Source of the DNA: Geosiphon pyriformis uo1
Taxonomy: Eukaryota; Fungi; Glomeromycota
Direction: 5' to 3'
Assembly: GCA_016748015.1 (NCBI GenBank)
Contig: JAAOMT010000570.1
Span: forward strand, 805,231-869,230
DNA length: 64,000 nucleotides
The number at the start of each line of letters is the position of its first letter. Position 1 is the stretch's first letter. The notes under the pieces were generated by a model. It saw only the letters and a program-made list of their open reading frames with translations, had not been told where the DNA came from and made no database searches. Below are positions 12,560-25,273 of this stretch, in pieces. The position numbers and the translations under genes are program-made.

Positions 12560-15500
12560 CAAAAACTTCTTTTTTTCTTACATCCAAAATTCTTTAAAAA
12601 GCATATTTTTGAAAAAGTTTTTTATTTTTTATTTTCTAGTTATATTACTTCCAATATTTCTTAAGCTAATAATTTTTTTGTGGTGAATTTAAAGACTGCT
12701 TTAAGTAACAATATGTTTAAGAAAAAAACGCCCAAAAAGATTCTTTATGGTTCTATTAGTGGTACTTTTTCTCAGAAAAAAAAGATTTCTATGGACAATA
12801 TTAAACACTCTAATAATAATAATAAAATTTTTCTGGTCAAATCTGGTCTTAATGGTAGTATGTATTCGAATATAAACAGTAAATTCAGTAATGGTAAAAT
12901 TGGCAGTATGTCTGAGAACATTGGTGGTAGTCTTTTTTTGAATTTGGTTGCAATAATATTTAATGCCAAGAAAATCAATTTTGGTTTGAACTGTAGTTTT
13001 TCTATAGAAGTAATTAACTATGACATAAATAAAGATAAAAGATCTCTTCTTTTTTACTTAACATTTCTTTGAATAAAAAATAGATTGATCCAAAGATTAT
13101 GAAAACTCAAATTGAAGTATTAGTTAAAAAGTTCTTTGTCTTGAACATTAATCTTTCACCAATAAAAAACAAATCTATAATAGTAAAAACTCAGTACATT
13201 AAGAAAATTTTTTCCACTATTAATGATTTTAGGAAGACTACTACTCCTTCAAAATTTGAAGAGATTATTAGATCAACATTTATATTGGAAAAAAACATGG
13301 AAAAGGCCACTTTATTGGCCAGAAAAAAAGAGATTATCATAAACAGCAATCTCAAAAAACAAAGAATTCACTTAGATTAGGCTATAGTACTCAAAAAAAT
13401 TTCTATAGATATGCCAAAAAAAATGATTGTTACTGCAGTTTTTGAGTTTGGGCAAATTAAGTTAATCTATTTATAATTAATTAGACTGTGACAAAAGGCT
13501 ATAATAAAATTTACCAAATAAAGTCAAACAGATTAATTGGTGGCCAGGTGATCATTTCTTATCAGGAAAAATTCAGTATATATAGTCAAGACTATAAAAA
13601 ATTATGAGATTTGGGCATTTAGAAATTGGTTTAAAACACTTTTGTTTACTTTGCCTATAAGAACAATGGCTTATAATCTGAACATTTTTTTAGAAGAGGC
13701 TAGTAGAAAAATATGTATTATTAATTACTTACTTGATACTAACAACTGGATTTGCTGTATTGTGATTGGTTTCGAATTAAATAAGAAACTGGAGTCTGTT
13801 TTTTGCACAAAGCCCATTTTGGGTAGTATAAAACTTTCTTGGACTAAGATAAATTTGGTTTGATGTAAAAAGTATGAGCACTTTGGACATTCTGCTTTAA
13901 AATGTAACATGTTTAATATTTCTGTTTTTTTTTTCTAAAGGTATTTAAAAAGTTCATTTTGGTAAAAATTATCTTCAGTTGGCTAAGCTGTATGCTAAAA
14001 AATGTGTTCCAATATCTTGTTTTGTTGCTTTTGGTGACAAATTTTGGGCTCAAGTGGTTTCATTTGCTGTTTTTTCTGATAATACTTATTCTGGTTCTGA
14101 TTTTGGTTCTTTTTTTTCTGGTATCTTAAATAATAAAAAAGCAAACTGGTTGTTTAAAATAGTTTTTTAATTGATAATTGTCTGGTTTTTTTAGAATGTT
14201 TCTTGGAGCTCTTAGTTAATTAAGTATTAAGTATTGTGAAATGCTAAACATGATTGATCTGATGTTTCTAATACCTATTTTTTAATCTTTCTCTCCTGCT
14301 GTAGTTGTGTCTTTGAATTTGGATCTGGATACAAATATGGTTTTAAATAACTTGTAAGTTTTTTTTTTTTGGTTGTAAGTAATAAGACTGTAAATTTGAG
14401 TTTAAGCAGTTTGAAAATTTTAACCATTAAAATAAGCAGCTTAAAATTAAAGATAACTACTCTCAAGATTTTGGTCAATTCAGTTTTGGCAAGATTAGAT
14501 TAATTAGTTGCTAACTTAGTTTTTTTTGTTAACTCTTTTTCTCAATGAATGAGTTTATTTGAAAAATAGCTATATGTAATGCCAAAGAAATAAATAATTT
14601 GGTAAAACAAAATAATATTGTTAAGTAGTATATTGAATCAGGCAATTTGGTTTCTGTGATTACTAAAACAAAGTTGAAAAGACAGTTTAGGTTTTGAATT
14701 AAAAACAAGTTTCCAAGTTTAAAAGTTTTTGTTTCTAATATAAATTTTGACTATTTGGACTTAAGAATGACTATAATAATGAACATTAAACTTGTTCAAC
14801 ATATATATAAAATTTCTGAAATCTCAGGATGTCTCTTTTCTATTTGTTTGTTGTTTAACAACAAAGTTTTGATAATAATTATGAGTCTTTATACTGGTAT
14901 GTAATTTGATTAGGTCTTTGAAATAAATTTTTGCATTGTTGGTGTGGTTAATTTAAGTACATATATAATACTAAGAGGAAAATAGTGTAAAATAGAGTGC
15001 TAGCTTCAAGAAATATTTTAATTTGGGTTTGTATAATTCTTTGTTAGGTTCTTTAGCAGCTAAGATCCTAACATAAAGCAATTCAAGGAATATAAAAAAG
15101 ACTATTAATTACATTTTTGTCAGTAAACATCTTTTATCAATTGTAGTCAAAAGGGAGATTGATAATGTTTTGAATTTCTTTAATACTAACCATTTGGCTG
15201 TTGTTGTTTCTCTTGGTTTGGGTGAATTTTTTGACAGATGTCTGAATAATGTCTGAAGACAGACTAACAAAAACAAATAGAAGTTTGGATTTAAAGATGT
15301 TAATGATTTAAAATGGTCTTAATTCAAGCAGAGTTTAATAAAAAGGATATCAAAATATGAGTAGATTGGACAACTTGGATGCAATATAGGATCTTTTAAA
15401 AGATGTGATAATTATATTAACAAACAGAGTTTTCTCTAAAAAATGATTTAAAAACTCTAATATTACTAAAAACAAATGTTTTTTTAGGTTCTATAGATTA

Positions 15501-18500
15501 AAAGTCTTGGTTTCAAGAATTGTTAGGGCATTTTTTTTGAAAAATGTCTTTAAAGCTAATTACTTAAGGCAAATTTGGTCAGATTTAAATGCTAATAAAT
15601 TCATTTTATTATCTTATTTAATCAAAAGTGGAGTGAAAAGTGAAGAAGTTTTTTAGCATTTGTTAATTGTTAAAAAAAAGTATTGGGTAATTAAGTATAA
15701 GAAATTTAAAGCTTTAAAAGTGGCTGCAATTAAAAATACTATAAATAAGAAAATAAAAAATTTTTGTACTAATAAAAATTGAATGATTAAGAATATTTTA
15801 GAAAAGTCTTTTTATAAGATGATGTTAGATTATTTGGTAGTAAATGATAAATTGATTTTAAAACCTGAATTGGTGAAAGACAAAATAAATGTAATAATAA
15901 AAAACTGGACAAAAAAAAATTAGTGTCTAAAGTGATGACAAATTTTTGGTCTTTTCAATATAAATTTTTGGATTATGTCAAAAATAATGTATTCTCTGGA
16001 ATTATAGAGCAAATTAGCATGAAAAAGCTGGTTTGGGTTGTAGAAAAGTTGTTGGATGAAAAAACTGCTGGTTTGTCTGGTATTTCAAATAAGCTGGGAA
16101 AATATTGTAAATCTGAGACTATGATTTGTCTTCTGGTTTTATTAAATGCTTGTCTAAGTCATAAAATAGTTTCCATTTTGTGAAAAAAAACATGAGTTTC
16201 CATGATTCCTAAGTCATATAATTGAAATAGTATGCTGACTAATACAAAGTCTATAGTATTGATTGAAACAGTCAAGAAAATCTTGTTAAAGATTTTCTCA
16301 AACCAATTTTTTTTTGTGTGCAACAGTTTTAATATTTTTTATAGGAATAATTTTTTAATATTGAAGGGCATTTCAACTCAGTTTTTTGTGTTTGCAGTTG
16401 GCTCAATAATTAAAAATATGTTGAAAAAAAAAAGAGCTGTAGTTGGTTTTGCAGAATATGAAAAAAACTTATAACTTAGTTGGCTGGTACTATTTGGAAA
16501 ACAGCTTAAGACATATTAAGATGTGTGAATAGTTTATCAGTTTTTTTGGCAGCATTCATTAAAATAAAGTAAACAGAATTATGACTAATTTTGGTCTTTC
16601 AAAAAGTTATTGTGTATATGATGAATTGGATTAAGGTAAAGTCTTTTCTTCTCTTTTGCAGAGAATTTTTTATGATTTTTTTTTATGTAAAGTAAAAAGG
16701 CATAAACATTTGTGTAATTACTGAATAAACTCAAGGTTTGTAATCAAGACAGGCAAAATAAAAAACACAAAAGAAAAGATGTTGTTTTTTGCAGCAGACA
16801 CTTTTGTTAATAACACTATTTAAATTGAAAATAACCAAGTTTCAACTTAATATATTTTAAATATTGCCAGCAAGTTTTTTAGAATCAATAATATTTTAAT
16901 TAATAATAATAAGACAGTAGCCATTTCCATTAACAAAATGGTAAAGTGTGTTTCATTGAATATTTATGGAAGTTTTATTTTTATTTTTAAGAAGGATGAG
17001 CTGCACTGATACTTGAAAATTTTTCTCTCTATTAAGAGTCTTTCTAGTTTTAATCTGACCAAGGCTTATTCAGATGTCAGGTTTTTTGCAAACATGGTTT
17101 TAAAAAAAACTATATTAAATAAATTGTTCTGTTACTTGGCCTTATTTGTCTTGCAACTTATAGTTAACTACCATATACAGTTTAGTTATGTTTCAATTGA
17201 TATTTGTTGCAAGTGAAATGTTCTGATTAGAAGAGACTTAAAACAGAAAACCAGATTGTCTAGAAATTTTTTCAATAAAATTTTGCATTATTTATTGTTG
17301 TATAATTTGAAATCTTTTAAATAATTGCAAACTGAAAATAAAATAGGTTTGGTTGTCTTTTTTGTGAACTCAGAAAGCATTCTGGGCTGTTTGTTTAATT
17401 ATTGTTTTTTAGATTTGCAAGTTTTAGGCTGAACACCAGTTAATCTTTTGCAGCATTCTGTTAAATTAAAAATTAGTTCTGTTAGATTAAAAATTAGTTC
17501 TGTTAATAATTTTTTTGCTGGTGTAGTAAAAATGTTTTTAAATAATAAACTTTCTTTTATAAACAATTTGCTTCAGGTTTTTTGCAGTTCTGGCAGATTT
17601 TTGATGTCTAATATATTGGGCAGAACAGTGTATTTTAAAATAATGGTCTCTTTAAAGCATTTTGGAATTGTTTTTGAGAACAAACTTTTGGACAAACAAA
17701 GAATACTAATGATCTAAAAAATGGTTTGTTATTAAAAAAAATTGGATTCTAGAAATTTTGTTTCAGTTTGGTTTATTATAATTTCTAGTTTTATGAATAA
17801 AATAGATTCTGTTAATGAAAGTAATCTGGTTGTTTTCAGTCTGGTGTCTTCTAATGTTTTGAGTTTGGATGGCTTGGGATCAATAAAAAATTTTTTACTT
17901 AAAGTTTAAGCAGATTTATTTAAAGTGTATACTAACAACTTATTAAAGAATTTGGGCTCACTGAACATAACAGGTGGGGCAGCTGCATATTTCTCAAATG
18001 TAAATAGAGACATTGGTGTTAGTATTTCTGGCATGGTTTTTTTGATAATAACCAAATTACAGACTGTTACTTTGGCTTTAGAATGTGTGCTGTCTTTTAG
18101 TATTATGGTTTTATATTTCAATAGTCAGACAGCTATTAATGTTTGTATTTCAGAACTTGGCTTGGCTAAGCCAGATTTTTGCAATTGATGCTAAATAAAA
18201 AGACATTATGTTGCTAATTTGGTAGTGAACAAAGACTTAAAAATTGTTTGGTTGAAAATTAAGAAACACTTGAGTGTTTTTGGTAATGAGTGTACTAATG
18301 AATTGGCTGGTGCTGCTGTTTACTCCTCTTATTTGCTTTCTGTTAGAATAATGAAAAAACATTTGGTTCCTAATGGCTTGTTTGTTTCTGGTAATGTTTA
18401 TTACTTTACTAGAAACATTTATAAAACAATTATTAATGTATATTAAAAGATAGGTCTTGGTGCTTATATTGTTACTGAATGTCTTATTTACAAAATTAAT

Positions 18501-19340
18501 TGAATTTAGATGGCTTAAATGTAACACCTCAATTTTCACATGTTTGTAAGTTTTACTTATAAGATTATGACTGGTTTTAGAACATATATAATAAAAACTA
18601 TTCATAGAAAACTGTTGGTTATAGTTCACAAAAAGTTGTATAACAGGTTATATTTAGGTGTTTACTATTTGTTTTGTAAGGATGTAAAGTTTTTGGATCA
18701 TTTATTTATATGCTCAAATAATGCAGATCAATAGAAAAAATTAATCATAAGACATATTAAATTTTGGTTATTTTTGGCTGATAGTATGGCTAGTAAGTTA
18801 TTTTTTATAATACAGTCTCTTTTTTTCTGCCTATTTAACATTAGAATATATGTAGTGCTTAGCAAAAAGTTTATTATAAAAGATTGAATCAAGAATGCTT
18901 TGTTAATATATAATAATAAAAGAGTGGTAATATCTGCATTAATTGATTTTTTCTGCCAGTTAGTAGATTTTTATTACCAGAAAATATGATTAGTTAAGAC
19001 CAAGATTAGGACTAAGACTGAAAAAATTAGACTGATAAGTAACAATAAAGTAGTGTCTAATATAAGCATTGGCTTATATTTGGGTTTATTAGATAAAGTA
19101 GTCTATATGCTAAGTATTGTTAAATCTTTAGTAGTTAGTTTTAGTAAGTATTTTTTATGTCTTTTTTTCTTAAATATTAATAATAGATTGATTGTATATA
19201 TAAATATATAGTATTGTCTTAATTGGCTTAAATGACTGATTACATATAGTAAGTGCATGAGTTGTATTTAATTAGAGTTATTTAGTTTAATTTTATATAC
19301 TAGATAGTAACTGGATTGTACTCATTAAATAAAAAAAATA
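12560..19340 (+). mobile_element. LINE-a: full-length, heavily decayed non-LTR retrotransposon (ORF1 about 12680-14548; ORF2 about 14545-19211 with APE, RT, RNase H, C-terminal Cys/His motif)
   Basis: Colinear with LINE-b and LINE-c throughout; RNase H remnant VYTNNLLKN..TKLQTVTLALEC..NSQTAI..GNECTNELA; 3' UTR and poly(A) near 19330; many TAA/TGA stops. Confidence 0.9.
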
Positions 19341-19637
19341 AAAAATTATAAAAATGTTTTTTTAAATTTATTAAAACTTTTTTTTAAATCTTTTATTTTA
19401 TTTAAAACTTTTATAAATTGGGTTTATTAATTTTATATTTTATATTAAAATTATTGTTCTAAATATTTGGATAAATTTTTATAATTTGGTGTTTTTATAT
19501 AATTAAAATATTTTTAAAAAAAATATATAAAAAACTACCTTCAAAAAACTCCAATAAATTATTTTCTGAAAAAGAAGTTTTTGTTTTTTTCTTGTTAGTA
19601 TTATATCAATATTTTTTTAACTAATAACCCTTTTGTC

Positions 19638-21503
19638 ATGGATTTGGAGGCTGTTTTTAGTGACAGTATATCAAAGAAAAAGGTGTCCAAAGGTGCTTTT
19701 CATGGTTCTGCTGGTGGTTTTTTTACTCAAAAGAAGAAAGTTATTTTTGGGAATGTCAAACATTTTGGCGATAAGTGGAACATCTCTCTGAAGTCTGGTT
19801 CTGATAATAGTGCTTTTTCTGATGTGAAAAGCTTATCTGGTGATGAAAATGACGTTGATATGTCTGGTGGTGGTAATGGCTCTCTTCTAGGTTCAGCTGT
19901 TAATACTCCAAGAACAAATAGATTAAGTACTGGTATGGATTTTGGCTCCCCTCTCAGTTCCCCCAATTTCGTCATGGATAAAGAGGTGAAACCTCTTCCA
20001 CCTCTAATAAAAAAAATCTCTTCTGATAGCAAATGAGTCAATTCTTTTATCATCAAAACTCAAGTAGAGATGCCTGTTAAAAAATTTTTTGCTTTGGATA
20101 TCAATCTTTCAGTGGTTGAAAGCAAATTGGTAATGGCGAAAACTCAATTAATCAGAAAAATTTTTTCAAAGATCAATGGTTTTGGGGGGGCCACTACTTC
20201 CTTAAAATTTGAAGAGATTATCTAATTGACATTTACTTCTGAGGAGAGCATGAGAAAAGCTGTGTCATTGGCTGAAAAAGAAGGGATTATCATAAACAAC
20301 GATATGAAGAAACAAGGGCTTCATTCAGATTGGGCTGTAGTGATCAAAGAAATTTCCATGGATACACCTAAAGACATAATCATTGCCACAGTCTCTGAGT
20401 TTGGGATAATCAAGTCGATCAAAATCCAGTTGGTTGATATGTGACAGAAGGCTGTGGTAGAATTCGCTGATTCAGATCAGGCTGTGCAATTGGCTTCAAG
20501 ATGGTTATTCCTAATTGGGAAAAATTCGGTTCATGTGGCTATGGCCATAAGAGATCGTGATACTTGGGCTTCTAGGGATCAGTTTAGAGTGCTATTGTTT
20601 ACTTTGCCTGCAGGCAATACTGCACATGATCTTGGTATGCTTTTGGATGGGGCTGGAGGGAAAACTTGTGTCATCAATAGATCATTGGAGACTGGCAATT
20701 GGTTCCACTGTGCTATGGTGTGCTTTGAATCTGATGAAATGTTGAAGTCTGTTTTTTGCACTGAGCCAATTTTTGGTGGTATTCGATTGTCATGGGCTAA
20801 GTTGGAGCTGGTTCGGTGTGGTAAATGTGGGCGTTTTAGACATTCAGCTCTTGAGTGTGATGCCTCTGATGCATCACCTCTTGTGCCTCTCAATTTGATG
20901 AAAAAATTTTCTTTTGGTGCATCCCACCTTTAGCTAGCCAAATTGTACATCAAAAAAAATGTTCCTATTTCTTGTCCAGCTGCCTTTGGTGGTAAATCAT
21001 GGGCTCAAGTGATGTCCTTTGTCTCTTTTTCTGACAGCTCTCCTTCTGGCTCTGGGTTGCTTTTTAATGGTGCATCTTTATTGTTTGGTTCTTCTCATTA
21101 TCAAGTCGATGACTTAGGTGATCATCTGGCAGTGTTGGAACAATCTATGGAAATTTTCTTTGATCAGGTGTCTGTTATTTTCAGAAAATTGAGTTTTTTT
21201 GAGTTGGTGCTATTGGCGTCTCCTTTTTGTGCTCCCTTTTTGGCTGTTTCTGTGCATTTGGCTTCAGTTGTGGACTTGGATATGGCTCTGGATGGTGTGT
21301 TGGTTTCGTCCGCTCCCTCTCTTTCTGGTGGTGGTAATTCTGCTGCTGTTTTTAGTTCAAGTGATTCAAAGGTTCTTACCTCCAAAATGGGTGGTTTGGA
21401 ATCCAAAATGTCTGGTCTGAAAGCTTTGTTCAGTTTGATCCTGGCAAGATTGAATCTTTTGTGTTCTGGTTCAGGTTTGTCTCTACCTCATTCATCTCAA
21501 TAA
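19638..21503 (+). pseudogene. LINE-b ORF1 (nucleic-acid-binding protein, CCHC knuckle, C-terminal coiled coil)
   Basis: ORF fragments 19638-20036, 20226-20444, 20454-20933 and 20943-21503 share one frame and are separated by point-mutation stops. Confidence 0.85.
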
Positions 21504-24500
21504 CCAGTTTAGTTTGGAAGATTGTCACGTGTAATATAAGAGGTATGAACAATTTGGCGAAACAGAAAAACATTATACGTTGGCACAAGAATTCTGGCAA
21601 TTTGGTTTCTATTCTCATGAAGACAAAGTTAAAGGATAAGGTCCACTCTTGGCTGGCTAGCAAATTTGATGGTGTTTGTGTTTTCTCTTCTGGATTGAAC
21701 TCTGGCTATGTTGGTGCTAGTGTTGTGGTCATTATGGACAATTCTTTAGCTAAGCATGTCAGTAAGATTTCTGAGATTCCAGGTCGCTTCCTTTGCATTA
21801 GATTACTCTTTAGAAACAAACTTTTGGTTTTTGTTCTGGGGCTTTACACTGGTGCTTCCTTAACCACTCAGTTCTTCCAAACTGGTAAGGTTAATTTCTT
21901 GATTGCTATGGCTGTGAATGAGTCTTCTTTTGTCATTCTTGGTGGTGATTTCAATAAGAATGGCTCTCATAAATGTGCCAGCTTCAAAAGATGTTTTGAT
22001 TTGGGTTTGGTCAATTCTCTGAATGGGAGCCCTTTTGTGAAAGCACCAACCTGGTGCAACTCTCATGGTGTTGCTAAAACAATTGATTATGTTTTTGTCT
22101 CTTCTAATTTGGTTGGTGCTTTGGTAGATCATAGTGTGGTTGGTGTTAAGAAATTTTTTGACACTGATCATAAGACTGTTTCTGTTTCTGTGGGCTTGAG
22201 TGGTCTCCTTGATATTCAGTTGAATTCATTACACAAGCAGGCAAATAAGAATTGTTGGAAGTATGATGTCAAAAGTGCCGATGAAATTAAGTGGTCCAAT
22301 TTTAGGGTTGCTATGGCCAACAATGTTTCTATGTTCTTGGATGAGTTTGTTACAGCTAAACAGTTTTCAAACTTGGATGCGATGTGGGATGCTGTTTGCA
22401 AAACTATTGTTTTTTCAGCAGAGGGAACATTCAGGAAGAAGTGGTTTAAAGATTTTGATAGTGTTTTTAATAAGGTGTCCTCCAGATTTTATAAACTTGA
22501 ACTGCTTGTGTCTAAGCTAGTAAAATCTTCTCATTTGGTTTCTGGTGGGAATTTTGCTTCATTGCTGGATACTTAGAACAGGCTTGATTCAGTAGATGCT
22601 TCGTCAGTAAAGTCCTTTTTTCTTTTTGGCTCTGGTTTTGATGCAATTTGTTCTGAGCTGTCTAAGACAAGAAAGTCTTACTATTCTTCTAAGTTGATGT
22701 AATTTAAGTGCACTAAAGAATCTCATATAAGGCAAACTGTCAAGAAGAGGATAGAAAGTTTTGAGGTAGACAAAGGTCATACCATCAGGAGTGTTTTAGA
22801 GTGCCTTTTTCACAAGGTGGTGCTGGATCATCTGATTGTGGGGGAGGAGCTGGTCTTGGAGCCTAAGTTGGTTAAGTCTAAGGTAGATGTGATTATGAAA
22901 GGTTGGACTTGGAAATGTGTGGTTGTTTCTGATATTTCTAACGTTTGGATGCACCAATTTTAGCCTTTGGATTACATTTTTGATGGCACCTTCTCCAATG
23001 TAATGTGTTCAATCAGTTTTGAGGAAATGTTTGGTGTTGTTTTAAATTTGCCCGATGAGAAAGTGGCTGGTCTTTCTAGTATTACTAATGAACTTTGGAA
23101 GCATTGTGACATATTGGTTTTGCATATGCTTTTAGTGCTCTTGAATTTTTGCTTGATTTGTGAGTCAGTACCTGAACCTTAAAGGGAAGCTTGAGTTTCG
23201 ATGATTCCTAAATCCTATGAGTAGGAGGACATTCTTACAAATACTCAATCTATTGCTTTAATTGAAACTGCTCACAAGATTTTTTCTAAGATTCTTTCAA
23301 ACTGGATCTCTTTGGCTTGTAGCTCTTTTGATGTGCTCCATGGGAACAATTTCTCTGTTTTGAAGGGGACAATTACTCAGTTGCCTATTTTTGCCATCAG
23401 TTTTGTGGTCAAGAATGCCCTGGAGAAAAACCGAGAGCTGTGGCTGGTGTTGCAGGACATGTGGAAAGCTTATGACTCTGTTGGTTGAGAGCATTTTAGG
23501 AAGAGCCTAATCAGGATTAAAATGTGTGATAGGTTCATTAGGTTCTTTGGTTCTATCTATAATGGTTGTGTTAACAGAGTGATGACAGATTTTGGGTTGA
23601 CTGACAGTTACCGTGTTTATGATGGTTTGGATTAGGGGGAGATGTTTTCACCACTTCTTTGGTGCATATTTTATGATTCACTCCTGTGTGAAGTCAGGAG
23701 ACAAGAAAGTGTGTGTGGTTACCGTTTGATTTCTCATTTTGTCTCCAAAACTGGCCATGTGGAATCTCAGAGTAGGCTAACTTCATTTCTGGCTGCTGGT
23801 GCTTTTGTTGATGATACAATTTGGGTTGGTAGCAGCCAGGTTGCTACTCAATATATTTTTGACATTGCTAGTGAATTTTTCAGGTTTAATAACATTTCAA
23901 TTAACAATGGCAAAACTGTGGCCATTTCTATCAACTGTTGAATTGTTAATCCAGTTTTGACTATCAGTGGCTTGCCTATCTCTATTGCCAAGAAGGGGGA
24001 ACCTCATCATTATCTGGGCATATTTTTGTTTTCTGAAGATTTTTCGAGACCCAGCTTGGCTAAGACGCATTTGGACGTTCGGTTTTTTGTCAATCTTGTT
24101 TTGAAAAAGGCAATTTCGGATAAACAGTTTGCTTATTTAGTGTCTTCAGTTCTATTTCCTATCATTGACTACAGGACTCAATTCAGTTTCATTCCAGTCA
24201 GTGTGTGTAATAAATGAGATGCTTTGATCTGCAAGGGTTTAAAATCTAAATCTGGGCTTTTGTTCAACTTTCCCAATGATGCACTTCATCATCTTTCTTT
24301 GTACAATTTAAAGACTTTTAAACAGATTCAGGCTGAGAGCAAATTGGCATTTGTCATTGCTTTTGCAAATTCTGCTGGTGTTTTGGGCCATCTGTTTTCT
24401 TATAGGTCTTATGACCTCCAGGTTTTTAGCTGGTGTCCTCATCACCCTTTGTTGTTTCCAGCTTATATTAGTATTAGCCCTTCGAATAACTTTTTGGCAG

Positions 24501-25273
24501 GTGCAGTTCATATTTTTTCTGGGTGTGATTTATCTTTGGGTGGCTCTTTGGCTGATGCTTTTTATCTTCAAGATGGTACCCCAATGTCCTGTGTTCTTGG
24601 TGAGAAGGTTTTTTTCAAATGTGTTTCTTCTCTCAAGTATTATAGTATTGCCTTTGTGGAACAGCTCTGCAACTGGAATGGTGTTGTTTTTCCCTAGAAG
24701 ACCTTCAAGTGTTGGAAAAGACTGAATCTCCGTGGTTCAGTTCTCTTCTGGTTTGATCTGTCTGTTTGTTTTTTTGATGACGTTGCTTCTTCTTTTATTT
24801 GCTCTTCACATGCGGAATTTCTTGACCCTTCTGATGTTTGTCAATCTTTTGGTTTTGGTGTCATTTGTAATGATCTGTCGAATGCTGGTGCCAACTGCCT
24901 TTCTGTGTATACAGATAGGTCTCTGTGTAATTTGGATACTGTTGACATGAAGGCTAGTGCTGCTGTTTTTTTTGAGGACATTAATTCAGGTTTGGATGTG
25001 AGTGTGTCTGGTTTGGTCTCTTTTACTTTAATGGAATTGCAGGCTATTGTTCTGGTTCTGGAGTGTATTCCTCTTTTTCGCTCAGTTGATCTGTTTTCAG
25101 ACAGCCAGGCAGCTTTGGATGTATATAGGTTGGAGTCTTTGTTGGTTGGTCTGGACTTCAGGAATTGTTGTTGGATTGAGCATCACCACATTGCCAATGT
25201 TATTTGTTAGAAAAATTTAGATGTGAATTGGATTAAGGTTAAAAGTCATTTAGGCATTCTGGGTAATAAGCGT

